This document shows, piece by piece, positions 29,141 to 40,064 of a DNA stretch of 64,000 nucleotides (within the stretch, counting starts at the first letter, position 1; each line of letters begins with the position of its first letter). Origin of the DNA: Chlamydiota bacterium. GTDB lineage: Bacteria > Chlamydiota > Chlamydiia > Chlamydiales > JAAKFR01. The notes beneath the pieces were generated by a model, which had not been told where the DNA came from, searched no databases, and saw nothing but the letters and a program-made list of their open reading frames with translations. Both the position numbers and the translations under genes were made by a program. Location: positions 1,168 through 65,167 of the forward strand of contig JAJFLY010000015.1 of assembly GCA_021772455.1 (NCBI GenBank). The letters are read 5' to 3'.

Positions 29141-31585
29141 GTGAAAAAAACACTCTTTCTTCTCATTCTACTGGTTCAAACGGCTTTTGCCTATCCTCCT
29201 CTGCCTGAAGCGCGCACCGAATCGGAGGCTCTCTTTGTTAGGCGGATCCTCGATTTTTTGCGCGAAAAGGAGTACCCGTTTGCCAAGAGCCAGATTCGCG
29301 CCTACATGAGCAGCTATCCAGAAGGGCCTTTCACCGACCATTTTTTCGCAATGCTCGGCGATATAGCTCTCCATGAAAAGGATTACTCGGAAGCTCTCGA
29401 TTTTTATGCACGTCTATCAGATTCAGCGTGCCAGACGCACGTCCGAACAAAAAAATGGCAGGCGCTCTACCAATTACAACGCTACTCAGAGCTTCATCAA
29501 GAAATGGCATCTATTGGACCTCAAGAAATTAATGAGGAGGGTACCTTTTATTTTGCCGAAGCCGCTTTTCGCAAAGGGCTCTTTGAAGAGGCGCTTCCCC
29601 TATACTCTTCACTGATGGACAACCAGGTTTATGGTGGTCATGCTAAACTTGCGCTAGCTGAGATCTATCGTTTCCTCAAAAGACCTGAAATGGCCGCCGA
29701 TCTTTATTTAGAAATCGCTGAAGATCACGACAAAAAACTTTTTTATGCTGCCGCGATGTTTCTCCACTTTGACCAAGAAAAGGCGGCGGAACTTTTTGAG
29801 CAAATCGCACATAGGGATTCAGAAAATGCTCAAGAATCTGCTTATCAATGGCTCCAAATTTTGGCGCAGCAGGGCGAGTGGAAAAAAATTGAAAAAGAGC
29901 GCTCTCTTTGGCTTACGAAAATCGCTCAAGAACACAATGCACTCGCCTATTTTTACCTTGGAATGATCGCCTTTGAGCAGGCTGGCCACTTTCAAGCCAT
30001 TGCCGATTTACAAAAAGCTTTGGAAAAAGGAATCACCTCTCCCCATGATCGCTCTGCCCTTGAAGCGCTTCTTACAAGCGCCAAAGAGGTTGGCAATCTC
30101 GATTTGTGTGAATCGAGCTACACCCTCTTAACCGAGCGCTACCCGCAGCTGCAAGCTGAGGCGGGGTATATGCGCGCGCTTGCTTACCAAAAAACGGGCG
30201 ATACAGCAAGAGCGCTCGTCTATTTCAATGAACTCATCCACCATTTTCCAATGGCGGGCGTGGAAAAAATCAAGCTCTTGATGGACGAGAAAAGACTGGA
30301 AGAAGCACATGAGAGCATATGTCAGTTTCTGGAGCTCTATCCCCTATCAGCTCGAAAAGAGGAAATGCTACGCTTGGCCATCGATATTTCACAGATTCAA
30401 ATGGAGTTCGAAAAGCTAGCTGAAGATCTCGCGCACGCTTTCACGGCGCAAATTTTCGAAGGTGATGAACGTGTAGAGATGGAGACTCTTCTTGTAAAAA
30501 CGTATATCAAGCTCGGCCATATTCATGGCGCTCTTGGCCTTTTGCATGAAATGCACGATCCAGACCCCCTACTTTTTACGCAATGCTACATCAAGGCTGG
30601 CAATGCCCCCGACAAGGTCGTCTATTTTGGTGAAAGGGCACTTGAGAATACCACTGAACACGAACGCCTTCACCTCCACCTGTTTAATGCCTACCTACAA
30701 CTGGCAAAAAGCGATTCTGATGAGACTTTGACGTTAGCAGCGGCCACCCATCTCAATTCAGTCATCGATTTCTACCCCGTTTCCCTTGAAAACCGCCTTT
30801 GGCTGGCACATTACTTCGTGAAATCTCAAAACCCTCGTGCCATCGATTTATTGGAGTCTTTATTGCTAACCGAAGCCAATTGGAAACGGTTTGATGAAGA
30901 GGGATTGATATTAGCCCGCCTCTATCAAAAGCAAGGGGCACTGAAAAAAGCGAAGCCACTCGCCGAAAGAGTCATCTCTTTGAGGCAAGACTCGCAGCCC
31001 GAAGCAGAACTGATTCTGGCAGAGATTTTGCAGGAATTGGGAGAGAGAGAAAAAGCCGAAGAGCTCTTTGCGCACTTAGCAAAATCCCCCCATCTTCCGA
31101 TTACGTATGCCGCCACCCTCCACCTCGCGCGGATCCGTTTTGAGAGTGACCCTGAGCAAAGTTTAAAGGGGCTTTATAGCTTAAAAATGCGCAAAACGTT
31201 AGACACTGAGCCCATCCACCTCGAAGCCGCTCTCGACCATGCTGAATTCCAAGCTTCCCTCTACCCCGAAAATGAGCAGACAAAATTTTTATTAGCAGCC
31301 CTTTTAGAGGTAAGAGAAGAGTTTATGAGCGAGGAAGATATTTGCTCGAAAGATTACCACGAAAGCCGCCTCTTAATGCCGGAAAAAGAGCAGATCTATC
31401 AAGCGTATATGTATTATCTAGACGCATGTATCTACAACTTGCAGGCAAAAATCACGAGCAACACAAAGGAGAAAAAAGCCAAGCAGCATGCAGCGCGCGC
31501 CCTATTTACGACTTTGTGTGAGGAAAAATATGCGGTGAGCAACTATTTAATCGAGCGTGTAACGGCAGGAATGTATGAACAATAA
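29141..31585 (+). CDS. Large exported TPR protein
   Basis: Signal peptide from GTG 29141 (KKTLFLLILLVQTAFA) and many TPR-like repeats. Confidence 0.75.
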   Translation: MKKTLFLLILLVQTAFAYPPLPEARTESEALFVRRILDFLREKEYPFAKSQIRAYMSSYPEGPFTDHFFAMLGDIALHEKDYSEALDFYARLSDSACQTHVRTKKWQALYQLQRYSELHQEMASIGPQEINEEGTFYFAEAAFRKGLFEEALPLYSSLMDNQVYGGHAKLALAEIYRFLKRPEMAADLYLEIAEDHDKKLFYAAAMFLHFDQEKAAELFEQIAHRDSENAQESAYQWLQILAQQGEWKKIEKERSLWLTKIAQEHNALAYFYLGMIAFEQAGHFQAIADLQKALEKGITSPHDRSALEALLTSAKEVGNLDLCESSYTLLTERYPQLQAEAGYMRALAYQKTGDTARALVYFNELIHHFPMAGVEKIKLLMDEKRLEEAHESICQFLELYPLSARKEEMLRLAIDISQIQMEFEKLAEDLAHAFTAQIFEGDERVEMETLLVKTYIKLGHIHGALGLLHEMHDPDPLLFTQCYIKAGNAPDKVVYFGERALENTTEHERLHLHLFNAYLQLAKSDSDETLTLAAATHLNSVIDFYPVSLENRLWLAHYFVKSQNPRAIDLLESLLLTEANWKRFDEEGLILARLYQKQGALKKAKPLAERVISLRQDSQPEAELILAEILQELGEREKAEELFAHLAKSPHLPITYAATLHLARIRFESDPEQSLKGLYSLKMRKTLDTEPIHLEAALDHAEFQASLYPENEQTKFLLAALLEVREEFMSEEDICSKDYHESRLLMPEKEQIYQAYMYYLDACIYNLQAKITSNTKEKKAKQHAARALFTTLCEEKYAVSNYLIERVTAGMYEQ

Positions 31586-33041
31586 ACCTCTTCTACTCAG
31601 CTTATGTTTTGGATTGGGATTATGTTTCCACGCGGCTGTTCTTTTGGGAATACACAATCTCCCCATAAAAAAACACACGCGCTCCTTAAATTATACACAC
31701 TCAAACACACAGAATGTCTTCGACCAACAAAATCGAGCTGAATTGATTGCCGAGGTTTTCAACCACATACAGAAGTCCAAGCCTGAAGTTAAGCACCAAT
31801 TCCACGATTTGCACCCCGAATACGCCCCCTCCATCGAGATCGGTTTAAACCCTAACTCCGCCCGCAACTTAGAGCTCGACCCTTTTGCCTTTGAGCCAGA
31901 CCTATCCCCTCTTCCGGATGATAGAGAGCACCCTCTGGGCAACCTCATTTCAAATGCCCCTGTCGCAACTTCGATTGATATGCCCACCTTCTCATTGGAG
32001 GAAGACTCCTTAAGCAACCACTTCGACATAGAAGTGGAATATGCTCCTAAACGTAATCGGCCAGGCTACGTCTTCAAAGCGACCTTTCATCCCCATTCAG
32101 ACGTCGCTTTTGAGAGCATTCAGCAGAATGTCTTTTTTGTCATCGACCGTTCAAATTCCATTCCTCGTGCTCGATACACCTTGAACAAAAAAGCTGTTGC
32201 AGATGCTCTGACCCACCTCGAAGGGGTCGATACATTTAACATCTTAATTTTCGATGACCATGTTGTCCAACTTGCCCCACACCCCCTCTCCTTCAGTGAG
32301 GAAAATATCGATAAAGCGAGAGTTTTTCTTGAAAAACAGGGGCATAGAGGCCATTTTGCAGCAACCGAGCTCTACGCCTCTTTGGGAAAAATCATCCCTC
32401 ATGATGTTAACAACCACGAGGTGAACACAGCGATTCTTCTCACCGATGGTGACTCCTACCTCTCGCGGGAAAAGCAAAGGCAGTTGATCGCTGACTGGAC
32501 AGCGCGCAACAAAGGTAAAGTCTCGCTTTACACTATCGCCTCAGGAGCCGGAAACAACCTTCCCCTCTTAGATTTAGTGAGCGCTTTTAACCAGGGACGT
32601 TTGATCTATTCCCAGGACCACAATGAATTAAATGCAATGATCCGTAATCTGCTCGCTACTGCGCACTCTCCTATTGGAAAAGAGATGGTTGCAACGCCGA
32701 TTACTGCCGATAAACAGACAGCTGTATTGCTCCAACCAAAAGCGATTCCTCTCCCCGATTTGTACAAAGACCGCCCTTTTGTTGTGTACGGATCGATTAA
32801 CTACCTCAGTGATATCGTCCTCTTTTTACAAGGGAAACACTACGACAAGCGTTTTGATATCAAAAAAACCATCTCATTTGAGCACGCCAAAATCGGCTCT
32901 TTTTCGCTCGAGCGGAAGTGGACACAGCTACTTGCACAAGAGCACTATGCTAATTACCTTGGAGATGGGAACAAAGAGCACTTAGAATCTGTGAAACGAC
33001 TACTCCGTCCCATGAATATTCCCACTCCCTGGATCGACTGA
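31575..33041 (+). CDS. VWA domain protein with N-terminal membrane anchor
   Basis: MIDAS motif VIDRSNSI, TFNILIF and ILLTDG; resembles the VWA of VIT/inter-alpha-trypsin-inhibitor-type proteins. Confidence 0.8.
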   Translation: MNNKPLLLSLCFGLGLCFHAAVLLGIHNLPIKKHTRSLNYTHSNTQNVFDQQNRAELIAEVFNHIQKSKPEVKHQFHDLHPEYAPSIEIGLNPNSARNLELDPFAFEPDLSPLPDDREHPLGNLISNAPVATSIDMPTFSLEEDSLSNHFDIEVEYAPKRNRPGYVFKATFHPHSDVAFESIQQNVFFVIDRSNSIPRARYTLNKKAVADALTHLEGVDTFNILIFDDHVVQLAPHPLSFSEENIDKARVFLEKQGHRGHFAATELYASLGKIIPHDVNNHEVNTAILLTDGDSYLSREKQRQLIADWTARNKGKVSLYTIASGAGNNLPLLDLVSAFNQGRLIYSQDHNELNAMIRNLLATAHSPIGKEMVATPITADKQTAVLLQPKAIPLPDLYKDRPFVVYGSINYLSDIVLFLQGKHYDKRFDIKKTISFEHAKIGSFSLERKWTQLLAQEHYANYLGDGNKEHLESVKRLLRPMNIPTPWID

Positions 33042-33580
33042 TGCTGCAAATTATTGGTGGCAAGCATAAGAGAAGAAAGCTAAACGCCCCTAAAACAGAT
33101 CTCGTGCGCCCAACCGCCTCTCGCCTACGCGAAGCTCTTTTTAGTATCTGCCAACACCACATTGAAGGGGCACGTTTTCTCGACCTCTTTGCCGGCTCAG
33201 GGGCGATCGGATTAGAGGCACTTAGTCGAGGCGCTTCACATGCAACTTTTGTAGAGCAGGCACGCCCCTCCCTTTCCACAATCAAGCAGAATATCGAGCT
33301 GCTTGGTGAAAAAGAAAACACAACACTCATTGCAGCAGATGTGCTTGCTGCCATCCCAAAACTAAAAGATCGATTTGACTTGATCTACGTAGACCCTCCT
33401 TACGGAAAAGGTTTAGGGGCCGAGGTCTTGAGCCTGCTCGATAAACACCCCCTCCTAACGGATGGGGGGATCATTTTTATCGAGGATTCCGCTCTAGAGG
33501 AGCCTCCCCTGACAACGCTTAAGCTGAAGCAAAAGCGCCAAGTTGGCCGTGCTCAGCTCTTTGAGTATTTTTCCTTGTAA
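33041..33580 (+). CDS. rsmD: 16S rRNA (guanine966-N2)-methyltransferase
   Basis: IIGGKHK, RPT..RLREALF, LDLFAGSG and DPPY motifs. Confidence 0.95.
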   Translation: MLQIIGGKHKRRKLNAPKTDLVRPTASRLREALFSICQHHIEGARFLDLFAGSGAIGLEALSRGASHATFVEQARPSLSTIKQNIELLGEKENTTLIAADVLAAIPKLKDRFDLIYVDPPYGKGLGAEVLSLLDKHPLLTDGGIIFIEDSALEEPPLTTLKLKQKRQVGRAQLFEYFSL

Positions 33581-33711
33581 TTTTGCATTCCAAATGCAAG
33601 ATTCCACGCTTTTATGCGGTGGTGTTGCGTTTCTTCTTGGGACTCTCTGCGCACCCTATTTATATGGCAAAGCAGAATTGTCTCACGTGAGCGAAGGCAG
33701 TCCCTTCTATA

Positions 33712-35211
33712 CTAATCCGTAGCAGGTTCAAGTGCAGCAGGCGCTTTGACCGAAACTTTGTGGCGCGAAAGGGCAGCGCCTGCCACAATTACGAGCGCAA
33801 GCCAACCCCAGCGAACAGCCTCACCCACTCCAAATCCACTTCTGAACTCGTGATAGAGCGCTCCAAGTAGACTCAGGGTTAAGATCGGTAACACCAGATA
33901 CTTCAACGAGTAGTATGCGTAGGTGCGCCGCTTACCAGCAAACCAAAGAGCCTCGTTCCCAATCACCTTGGAGACCATCAAAAAGAGGATGATTTCGGAA
34001 ATTCCACCGAGCAACATAGCATTTCCTAGGACCATGGGGGCCAACGCCCCAATGATGTGCTGCCCATTTCCAAAGCAGAAGGGAACTGCCAAAACAGTCA
34101 CAAGCCCCATCGCAATGGCGACAGAAGCCTTGCGGCTTTTGTTAAATTCGATCTCAAAGTTGCCTGCGATGCTCTCTATGATAGAAAAGACACCGGTAAT
34201 GCCTGCAATAAAGACGCAGAAAAAGAAAATCGGACCGACAATGCGGGCGGTGACATCACCGAATTGTTGTAAAATCATCGGGAAAACGACAAAGCCGATC
34301 TCAAATGCTGAATCGGAGGGGACGAGCTCCGAAAAGGCGAGCCCACTTTTGCCGCTCATAAATCCGATACACCCAAAAATAGCGATCCCGGAGATAAACG
34401 AAATCAGGAAATCCCCTAAGGCAACTTTTGCCATCGCACGTGGAATGCTAAAACTCTCTGGATTGTGACGTGAATACCCAGTCACAATCCCTAAGCCAAG
34501 AGATAAGCTGAAAAAGACCTGTCCAAAGACATCGCGCCACAAGGTCCAATTAGATAGTCTGGAAAAATCTGGGATCAAAAAGTTTTTAATCCCTTCGATA
34601 GAACCTGGTAAAAAGAAAGCCGAACAGCTGAAAAGGACAACCAAAACTGCCAATATCGGCAAGAAAATCGAGCATAGCTTTTCGACACCTGAGTGGATGT
34701 TACGAGCTAAAACAGCCCAAGCGAACGCGGCAATAACCAGTGTCGATAATAAAACTGCGACAGCAAGTCCCCCCACCTGAGTCAGACTTCCTGAATCGTG
34801 CAAAAAGGTCTGCTTAAAAAAGAATGTCGTGTCAGCAGCTACAGAGCCACTTGCTGTGAAATAGGTGTAGGCGACTGTAAAGCCGGTCAATACCATGTAA
34901 AAACCGCCTATCGTGGCGCACGTTAGGACCGCTAGCCACCCAATCATCTTTCCCTTTGTTCCAGCAACATTCCCCATAGCAGAGACAATAGGAAGTTTGG
35001 TGCGCTGGCCGATGATCCCCTCTAAAAACAGGAGAGGCAACCCAATGATCAAGTGGGCAATGATGTAGGGAATAAGGAAGGCACCGCCCCCATTTTTGTA
35101 ACAGAGCGCGCTGAAACTCAAAACATTTGCAAAGCCGACGGCTGACCCGATCATTGACCAGATATACCCCGTTTCCTTACTCCAAGCATCTTGTTTTCTA
35201 GCTTCTACCAT
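33712..35211 (-). CDS. Sodium-dependent transporter, neurotransmitter:sodium symporter family
   Basis: IGSAVGFAN, NGGGAFLIPY and QVFFSLSLG motifs. Confidence 0.92.
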   Translation of the reverse strand: MVEARKQDAWSKETGYIWSMIGSAVGFANVLSFSALCYKNGGGAFLIPYIIAHLIIGLPLLFLEGIIGQRTKLPIVSAMGNVAGTKGKMIGWLAVLTCATIGGFYMVLTGFTVAYTYFTASGSVAADTTFFFKQTFLHDSGSLTQVGGLAVAVLLSTLVIAAFAWAVLARNIHSGVEKLCSIFLPILAVLVVLFSCSAFFLPGSIEGIKNFLIPDFSRLSNWTLWRDVFGQVFFSLSLGLGIVTGYSRHNPESFSIPRAMAKVALGDFLISFISGIAIFGCIGFMSGKSGLAFSELVPSDSAFEIGFVVFPMILQQFGDVTARIVGPIFFFCVFIAGITGVFSIIESIAGNFEIEFNKSRKASVAIAMGLVTVLAVPFCFGNGQHIIGALAPMVLGNAMLLGGISEIILFLMVSKVIGNEALWFAGKRRTYAYYSLKYLVLPILTLSLLGALYHEFRSGFGVGEAVRWGWLALVIVAGAALSRHKVSVKAPAALEPATD

Positions 35212-35255
35212 TTTTAAACCTTAAATTATAAAGATTAGAAGCATTATAACAAAAC

Positions 35256-37676
35256 TTAAGATTTGGGAGTAGATTCAAAAGTTTTTTTAGTACCTACCAT
35301 CTGGTCATTTGAGTACTCACAGAGGATTTTTGGAGCTCCATCCTCATAGTACTTATTAAATTTTCCATTTTTTTGGTCGTCCAAGTACTCGGCTTCAAAA
35401 ACTAGAATGCCCTCTTCATTCCACTCCTGCCCAAGACCATTGACCTTATCGCCTTTGAAATAATAGAGGCTCGCTCGATTGCCATTTTCGTGAAGTGTGA
35501 GAGTTGGACCATTACGCACATCATCTTCAAAACTAACCTCACGATAAATCCGTCCGCTTGGGAAGTAACTAATCGCCTTCCCTTCACGCTTGTCACCCTT
35601 AAAATTCATCGTCATCATCAAAATGCCTTCAGGAGAATAGAGCGTGGCAATCCCCTCTCGCAAACCGTTTTTGTAAAATGTACTCGCCTGCTTAGCACCC
35701 GTTTCGGCATACTCAGAGACCTCTCCCTCGAGAAAATCCTCTTTAAAGGTGGCATCGAGTTTTTTTACCCTCCCAAATTCTGCGTGCTGGGCGTAGTAAA
35801 TCTGGTGGACACCATGGCGTAGATTATCTTTGTAATGGAAAATCACCTCCTCTCCTCCAGCACTTAACTGATAGTAGCGCCCAGTAAGACACCCATCAAC
35901 ATACTCAGCCTCTTCTATACATTTTCCGTCGGCATCCCATTGCATCTTCGCCCCGTGAAGAACCCCATTCAGATACCCAATCGTAGCCGCTATCTGCCCA
36001 TTGGGATGGTAAGAATTCTGCTTCCCCTCGAGCTTTCCATTTGCATAGTTAAAACTCCTAGCAAGTTGCACCCCACCAGGGTAATACTCTAAATGCTCTC
36101 CAACCGGAACGCCCTGCTCATAATGGACCGAGACGTGCTTCGAACCATCCTCATGCCACCCTTGAAGTTCGCCATGTAAATGATCCTCTTCAAAATAGGC
36201 AATACTCTGCTTGGTTCCATTGTTATGAAATTTCAATTCTTGCCCATGGCGCCGTCCATTCTCAAACGCTGTCGAGGCACTTAATGTCCCATCGGGATAA
36301 AAAATCTTCATAATGCCGTTAAGAGCATCATTTTTATAAGAGGCTTCGAAGACAAGGATTCCTTCATTGACCCACTCTCGCCTTACACCTTCGGCTTTGC
36401 CCATGCAATAGGTCCCCTCAAGCCGTTTGTTGCCGTTGGCAAACCACTCTGTCTGCTTTCCATCTAAGAGACCATGCTCATAATTTTTGTCGCATTTAGG
36501 CTCGCCATTGGCAAACCACTCGCGGTAAGGCCCCTGCCACTTCCCCTTCTCAAAAAATACAAAGCGCTTTAGTTCACCATTTTCATAGTACTCTTTTTGC
36601 TCACCAGCAAGGTCGCCTTCGATATATGCATAATCGCTTTTCAATTGTCCACTTGGATACCACTCTTTGAAAGATCCGTCTAAAACTCCCTCTTTTTCAA
36701 AATATTGAAGGACGATCTGCCCCTCCTCAGTATATGCCACAACCGGCTCAAGGAGCTCTCCTTCGTCGTTGTAACGGGCAAGCTTCGCCAATTGTCCATT
36801 TGAATGGATCAACCTGTGCTCACCGATGGGTACACCCTTACGATTAAGGCCGCCCCCCGCACGTGCGCCACCCTCTTGGAAAAATTGCTCCTCACCCTCT
36901 TTGAGCCCCTCTACGTAGTTCACACGGTATGAAACACCCCCACTTTGAAAGTATTTGAGGTGAAGCCCAGTCTGGTTCCCCATTCTGAAATCTTGCACCT
37001 CTAAAAGGGCAAGCTCAGGGCCATAAATCATCACAGCAGGCGTCTTACCATCGCCGTGAAGAAGGCCGTTGACAAAGTGGCGAGAAGATTTTAAACCCTC
37101 TTCACCCTCTGTCTTGGCGTGCCACTCCAACGCATTCCCATGAGGCAAATTGTTTACATAAGGCGTTTGCGAAGCGCGCGTCCCATCTTCATAAAACGTA
37201 TAGAAAGTACCCGTTTTCTTTCCATTTTCAAAAGAGCCCTCTTCTTTCTTGTTTCCATTTGGATGGTACCCCTGAAAAAAACCGTGTTTCTCACCCTTTG
37301 TATAAACTAACGAGGATTCCAGCTGACCATTTGGATGATACGTTTTAACCTCCCCTTCAAGAAGGCCATTTTCATAGTAACCCGAGCCCGCAATATTGCC
37401 AGAGAGGTGGAAGGCTACAGAGGCGCCATGCAACGTATTCTCATCTGCAAGATCGCTCTCTTCGCGCACCTGACCGTTGGGGTAAAAGACAAGCTGCTTA
37501 ACCGCCCTTTCAGCCTGATCATCTGGCTCATACAGGACAACTTGAGAGGGATTTCCATTTAAAAAATTTTCAACGATATGGGGACGCCAATTGGGCTGCC
37601 GCACCTTAAGAGGGGGGCCATCTTCGGCAAAAGCTGTCGTAAATAAAACAAGTACAGGAAGTAAATACCTAAACAT
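35256..37676 (-). CDS. Exported MORN-variant (YwqK-like) repeat protein
   Basis: Signal peptide, then 806 aa built almost entirely of G..(Y/W)(Y/H/F)xNG...Y..G repeats. Confidence 0.85.
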   Translation of the reverse strand: MFRYLLPVLVLFTTAFAEDGPPLKVRQPNWRPHIVENFLNGNPSQVVLYEPDDQAERAVKQLVFYPNGQVREESDLADENTLHGASVAFHLSGNIAGSGYYENGLLEGEVKTYHPNGQLESSLVYTKGEKHGFFQGYHPNGNKKEEGSFENGKKTGTFYTFYEDGTRASQTPYVNNLPHGNALEWHAKTEGEEGLKSSRHFVNGLLHGDGKTPAVMIYGPELALLEVQDFRMGNQTGLHLKYFQSGGVSYRVNYVEGLKEGEEQFFQEGGARAGGGLNRKGVPIGEHRLIHSNGQLAKLARYNDEGELLEPVVAYTEEGQIVLQYFEKEGVLDGSFKEWYPSGQLKSDYAYIEGDLAGEQKEYYENGELKRFVFFEKGKWQGPYREWFANGEPKCDKNYEHGLLDGKQTEWFANGNKRLEGTYCMGKAEGVRREWVNEGILVFEASYKNDALNGIMKIFYPDGTLSASTAFENGRRHGQELKFHNNGTKQSIAYFEEDHLHGELQGWHEDGSKHVSVHYEQGVPVGEHLEYYPGGVQLARSFNYANGKLEGKQNSYHPNGQIAATIGYLNGVLHGAKMQWDADGKCIEEAEYVDGCLTGRYYQLSAGGEEVIFHYKDNLRHGVHQIYYAQHAEFGRVKKLDATFKEDFLEGEVSEYAETGAKQASTFYKNGLREGIATLYSPEGILMMTMNFKGDKREGKAISYFPSGRIYREVSFEDDVRNGPTLTLHENGNRASLYYFKGDKVNGLGQEWNEEGILVFEAEYLDDQKNGKFNKYYEDGAPKILCEYSNDQMVGTKKTFESTPKS

Positions 37677-37819
37677 ATGCTCTCCTCGGGTTAGTTAGTC
37701 GAGAATACAGGGATGCCCTATTTTCGTCAGGCCTTTATATATGGCTAAATAATTCGAAAAATGGTACATTTTGGGTAGTAAACTTCCAAAAAAGGCCGCA
37801 AAAAGGAATTAAGTGACCC

Positions 37820-38980
37820 ATGCGTTCTCTATATGATAGATTTTTCAAAGGTAGCTCTTCTAGTTATTTTTTATTTGGACCGCGCGGGACTGGCAAATCG
37901 ACTTGGGTTCGGAAGCATTATCCCAACGCGCTTTGGCTAGATCTACTAGATCCCGGCGAGCAAAGGCGTTTAAATGCTTATCCTGAACGTCTTAAAGAAA
38001 AAGTGTTGGCAGAGCCAGGCAAGAAGGTGGTGGTGATAGATGAAGTTCAACGTGTACCCGAAGTCCTAACGGTAGTCCATCAATTGATTGAGGAAAAACA
38101 AGAGATCCAGTTTATTCTGACAGGTTCTAGTGCGCGCAAGCTAAAGCGGACCGGTGTCGATCTACTTGCCGGGCGAGCGTTGATGTTATCCATGCATCCA
38201 CTGATGGCATCGGAAATGAATCCCCACTTTTCTCTCAAAACAGCGCTCCTAAAAGGTTTACTACCAATGGTTGTTGATTCGGATGATCCTGACAGAACGC
38301 TAGATGCCTATGCAACCACCTATCTCCAAGAGGAAGTGCAAGCCGAAGGATTGGTGCGAAACATTGGAAATTTTTCACGATTCCTTGAAGCGATTAGCTT
38401 TTCACATGCATCGATGCTCAATATCAGCAATGTGGCTCGCGAGTCTGAAATCGAGCGGAAGGTCGTTGGAAGTTATGTCACCATATTAGAGGATCTATTA
38501 CTCTCTTTCAGACTCTCCCCATTCACAAAGCGAGCAAAAAGACAATCGGTCACGCATTCCAAGTTCTATTTATTTGATGCAGGAATTTTTCGGTCGCTCC
38601 GTCCTCAAGGGCCACTCGATAGACCCGAAGAAATCGGCGGGCTATGCCTTGAAGGGCTTGTCGCTCAACATTTACGCGCGTGGATTGCCTATTCAAATAA
38701 GAAAGCCGCTCTCTACTATTGGCGAACACGTAAGGGAGTAGAAGTAGATTTTATTGTTTATGGTTCCGATCTTTTTATCGCCCTTGAGGTCAAAAATAGC
38801 TCTAGGGTGGATAACAACGACGTCCGATCTCTTAGGACATTTCAAACTGACTATCCAGAATGCCAAGCTTGCCTTCTTTATAGAGGGAAGGAACGGGTCA
38901 TCGTCAATAACATTTTGTGTATGCCAGTGGAAGAGTTCTTGTTGCAACTCTATCCTGATCAAGACATTTTACCGAAATAG
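37820..38980 (+). CDS. AAA_14 ATPase with DUF4143 domain
   Basis: GPRGTGKST, IDEVQ, LTGSS, KFYLFDAG and EVDF...EVK motifs. Confidence 0.88.
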   Translation: MRSLYDRFFKGSSSSYFLFGPRGTGKSTWVRKHYPNALWLDLLDPGEQRRLNAYPERLKEKVLAEPGKKVVVIDEVQRVPEVLTVVHQLIEEKQEIQFILTGSSARKLKRTGVDLLAGRALMLSMHPLMASEMNPHFSLKTALLKGLLPMVVDSDDPDRTLDAYATTYLQEEVQAEGLVRNIGNFSRFLEAISFSHASMLNISNVARESEIERKVVGSYVTILEDLLLSFRLSPFTKRAKRQSVTHSKFYLFDAGIFRSLRPQGPLDRPEEIGGLCLEGLVAQHLRAWIAYSNKKAALYYWRTRKGVEVDFIVYGSDLFIALEVKNSSRVDNNDVRSLRTFQTDYPECQACLLYRGKERVIVNNILCMPVEEFLLQLYPDQDILPK

Positions 38981-39061
38981 GTAGCAATCAGGGTCTAAGA
39001 ATTGGGTTAGCAAAACCTCGAGAAAGTTGTGCATAAAATATTTTAATGGTATTCGGATGCT

Positions 39062-40057
39062 ATGAATACCAAAAAAATGCTTCCGTTTATTTGCTCACTG
39101 CTGTGCTGCTGTTCTACTCTTCAAGCTGAAGATGCGAAACTCAAAGTCATCGTCGATACAGATTGTGACATGGATGATATGATGGCCATCCTATATTTGC
39201 TTAAACGCAAAGATGTTGAAGTTCTCGCCATCACAACCACCGGAACAGGAGCTGCCCACTGGAAGTACTCGGCTCCAAACATCTTGAAGTTGATTGAATT
39301 AGCAGGCCATCCAGATATTCCCGTTGCATTTGGTGCAAAAATTTCTCTAAGCCCTTACTCGAGTTTTCCAGAAAGTTGGAGAGAGGGATTTGATGAGGTC
39401 TACGGCATTCCACTACCGACAAATCCACACCACGCATCCTCACTTCCATCCTGGGAATTAATGGCTCAAACTGTTGAGCAGTCTGCAGATAAAATCACTA
39501 TTCTTTGCTTGGCTCCAATGACAAATGTTGCGATCGCCTTAGAGAAAAGACCGCAGATGCTTAAAAATATTGAGCGTATTTATATCTCTGGAGGCTCAAT
39601 CGATAAAAAGGGAAATATCGTAGATAGCGATAATACATGTGCCGAATACAACATTCTCTTGGATGCAAGAGCCGCGCAAGATGTGATCGCCTCCGGTGCC
39701 CCTATCGTCCTTGTGCCCCTAAATGCAACTGAAAGCGCTCAGATCACGCCAGAAGTGATCGAACAGTTTCAATCGCAAAAGAATAATCCTTCGGCAAACT
39801 TTGTTTTTGAGGTCATCAAGCCCTATCTCAAGGCTCAACCAGGCGTGAAAGCCTACTTCTGGGATCCAGAAGCAGCTGCAGTGATGACAAATCCGGAGAT
39901 CGGGACATTTAAGGATCTCAAAATTGTCGTCAATCAAGAACCGGGCCCTCAATATGGCTGCACTGAGATCAATGAAGATGGCTCCTTGACCAATGTTTGC
40001 CTGTCAATCGATGCCGAGAAGTTTTATCAGCTCTTTTTCGATACCATTAATCAGTGA
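39062..40057 (+). CDS. Nucleoside hydrolase with signal peptide
   Basis: DTDCDMDD Ca-binding motif, LAPMTN, AEYN and FWDP; N-terminal Sec signal ending STLQA. Confidence 0.9.
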   Translation: MNTKKMLPFICSLLCCCSTLQAEDAKLKVIVDTDCDMDDMMAILYLLKRKDVEVLAITTTGTGAAHWKYSAPNILKLIELAGHPDIPVAFGAKISLSPYSSFPESWREGFDEVYGIPLPTNPHHASSLPSWELMAQTVEQSADKITILCLAPMTNVAIALEKRPQMLKNIERIYISGGSIDKKGNIVDSDNTCAEYNILLDARAAQDVIASGAPIVLVPLNATESAQITPEVIEQFQSQKNNPSANFVFEVIKPYLKAQPGVKAYFWDPEAAAVMTNPEIGTFKDLKIVVNQEPGPQYGCTEINEDGSLTNVCLSIDAEKFYQLFFDTINQ

Positions 40058-40064
40058 ATGATCC

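Noticed and set aside
33594-33722. 42-codon ORF after rsmD with a hydrophobic start
   Set aside because: No clear ribosome-binding site or family signal, and it overlaps the convergent transporter's stop.
35256-37676. Possible CRISPR or DNA repeat array
   Set aside because: The periodicity is at protein level only. No identical spaced DNA repeats or cas genes were seen anywhere in the window.
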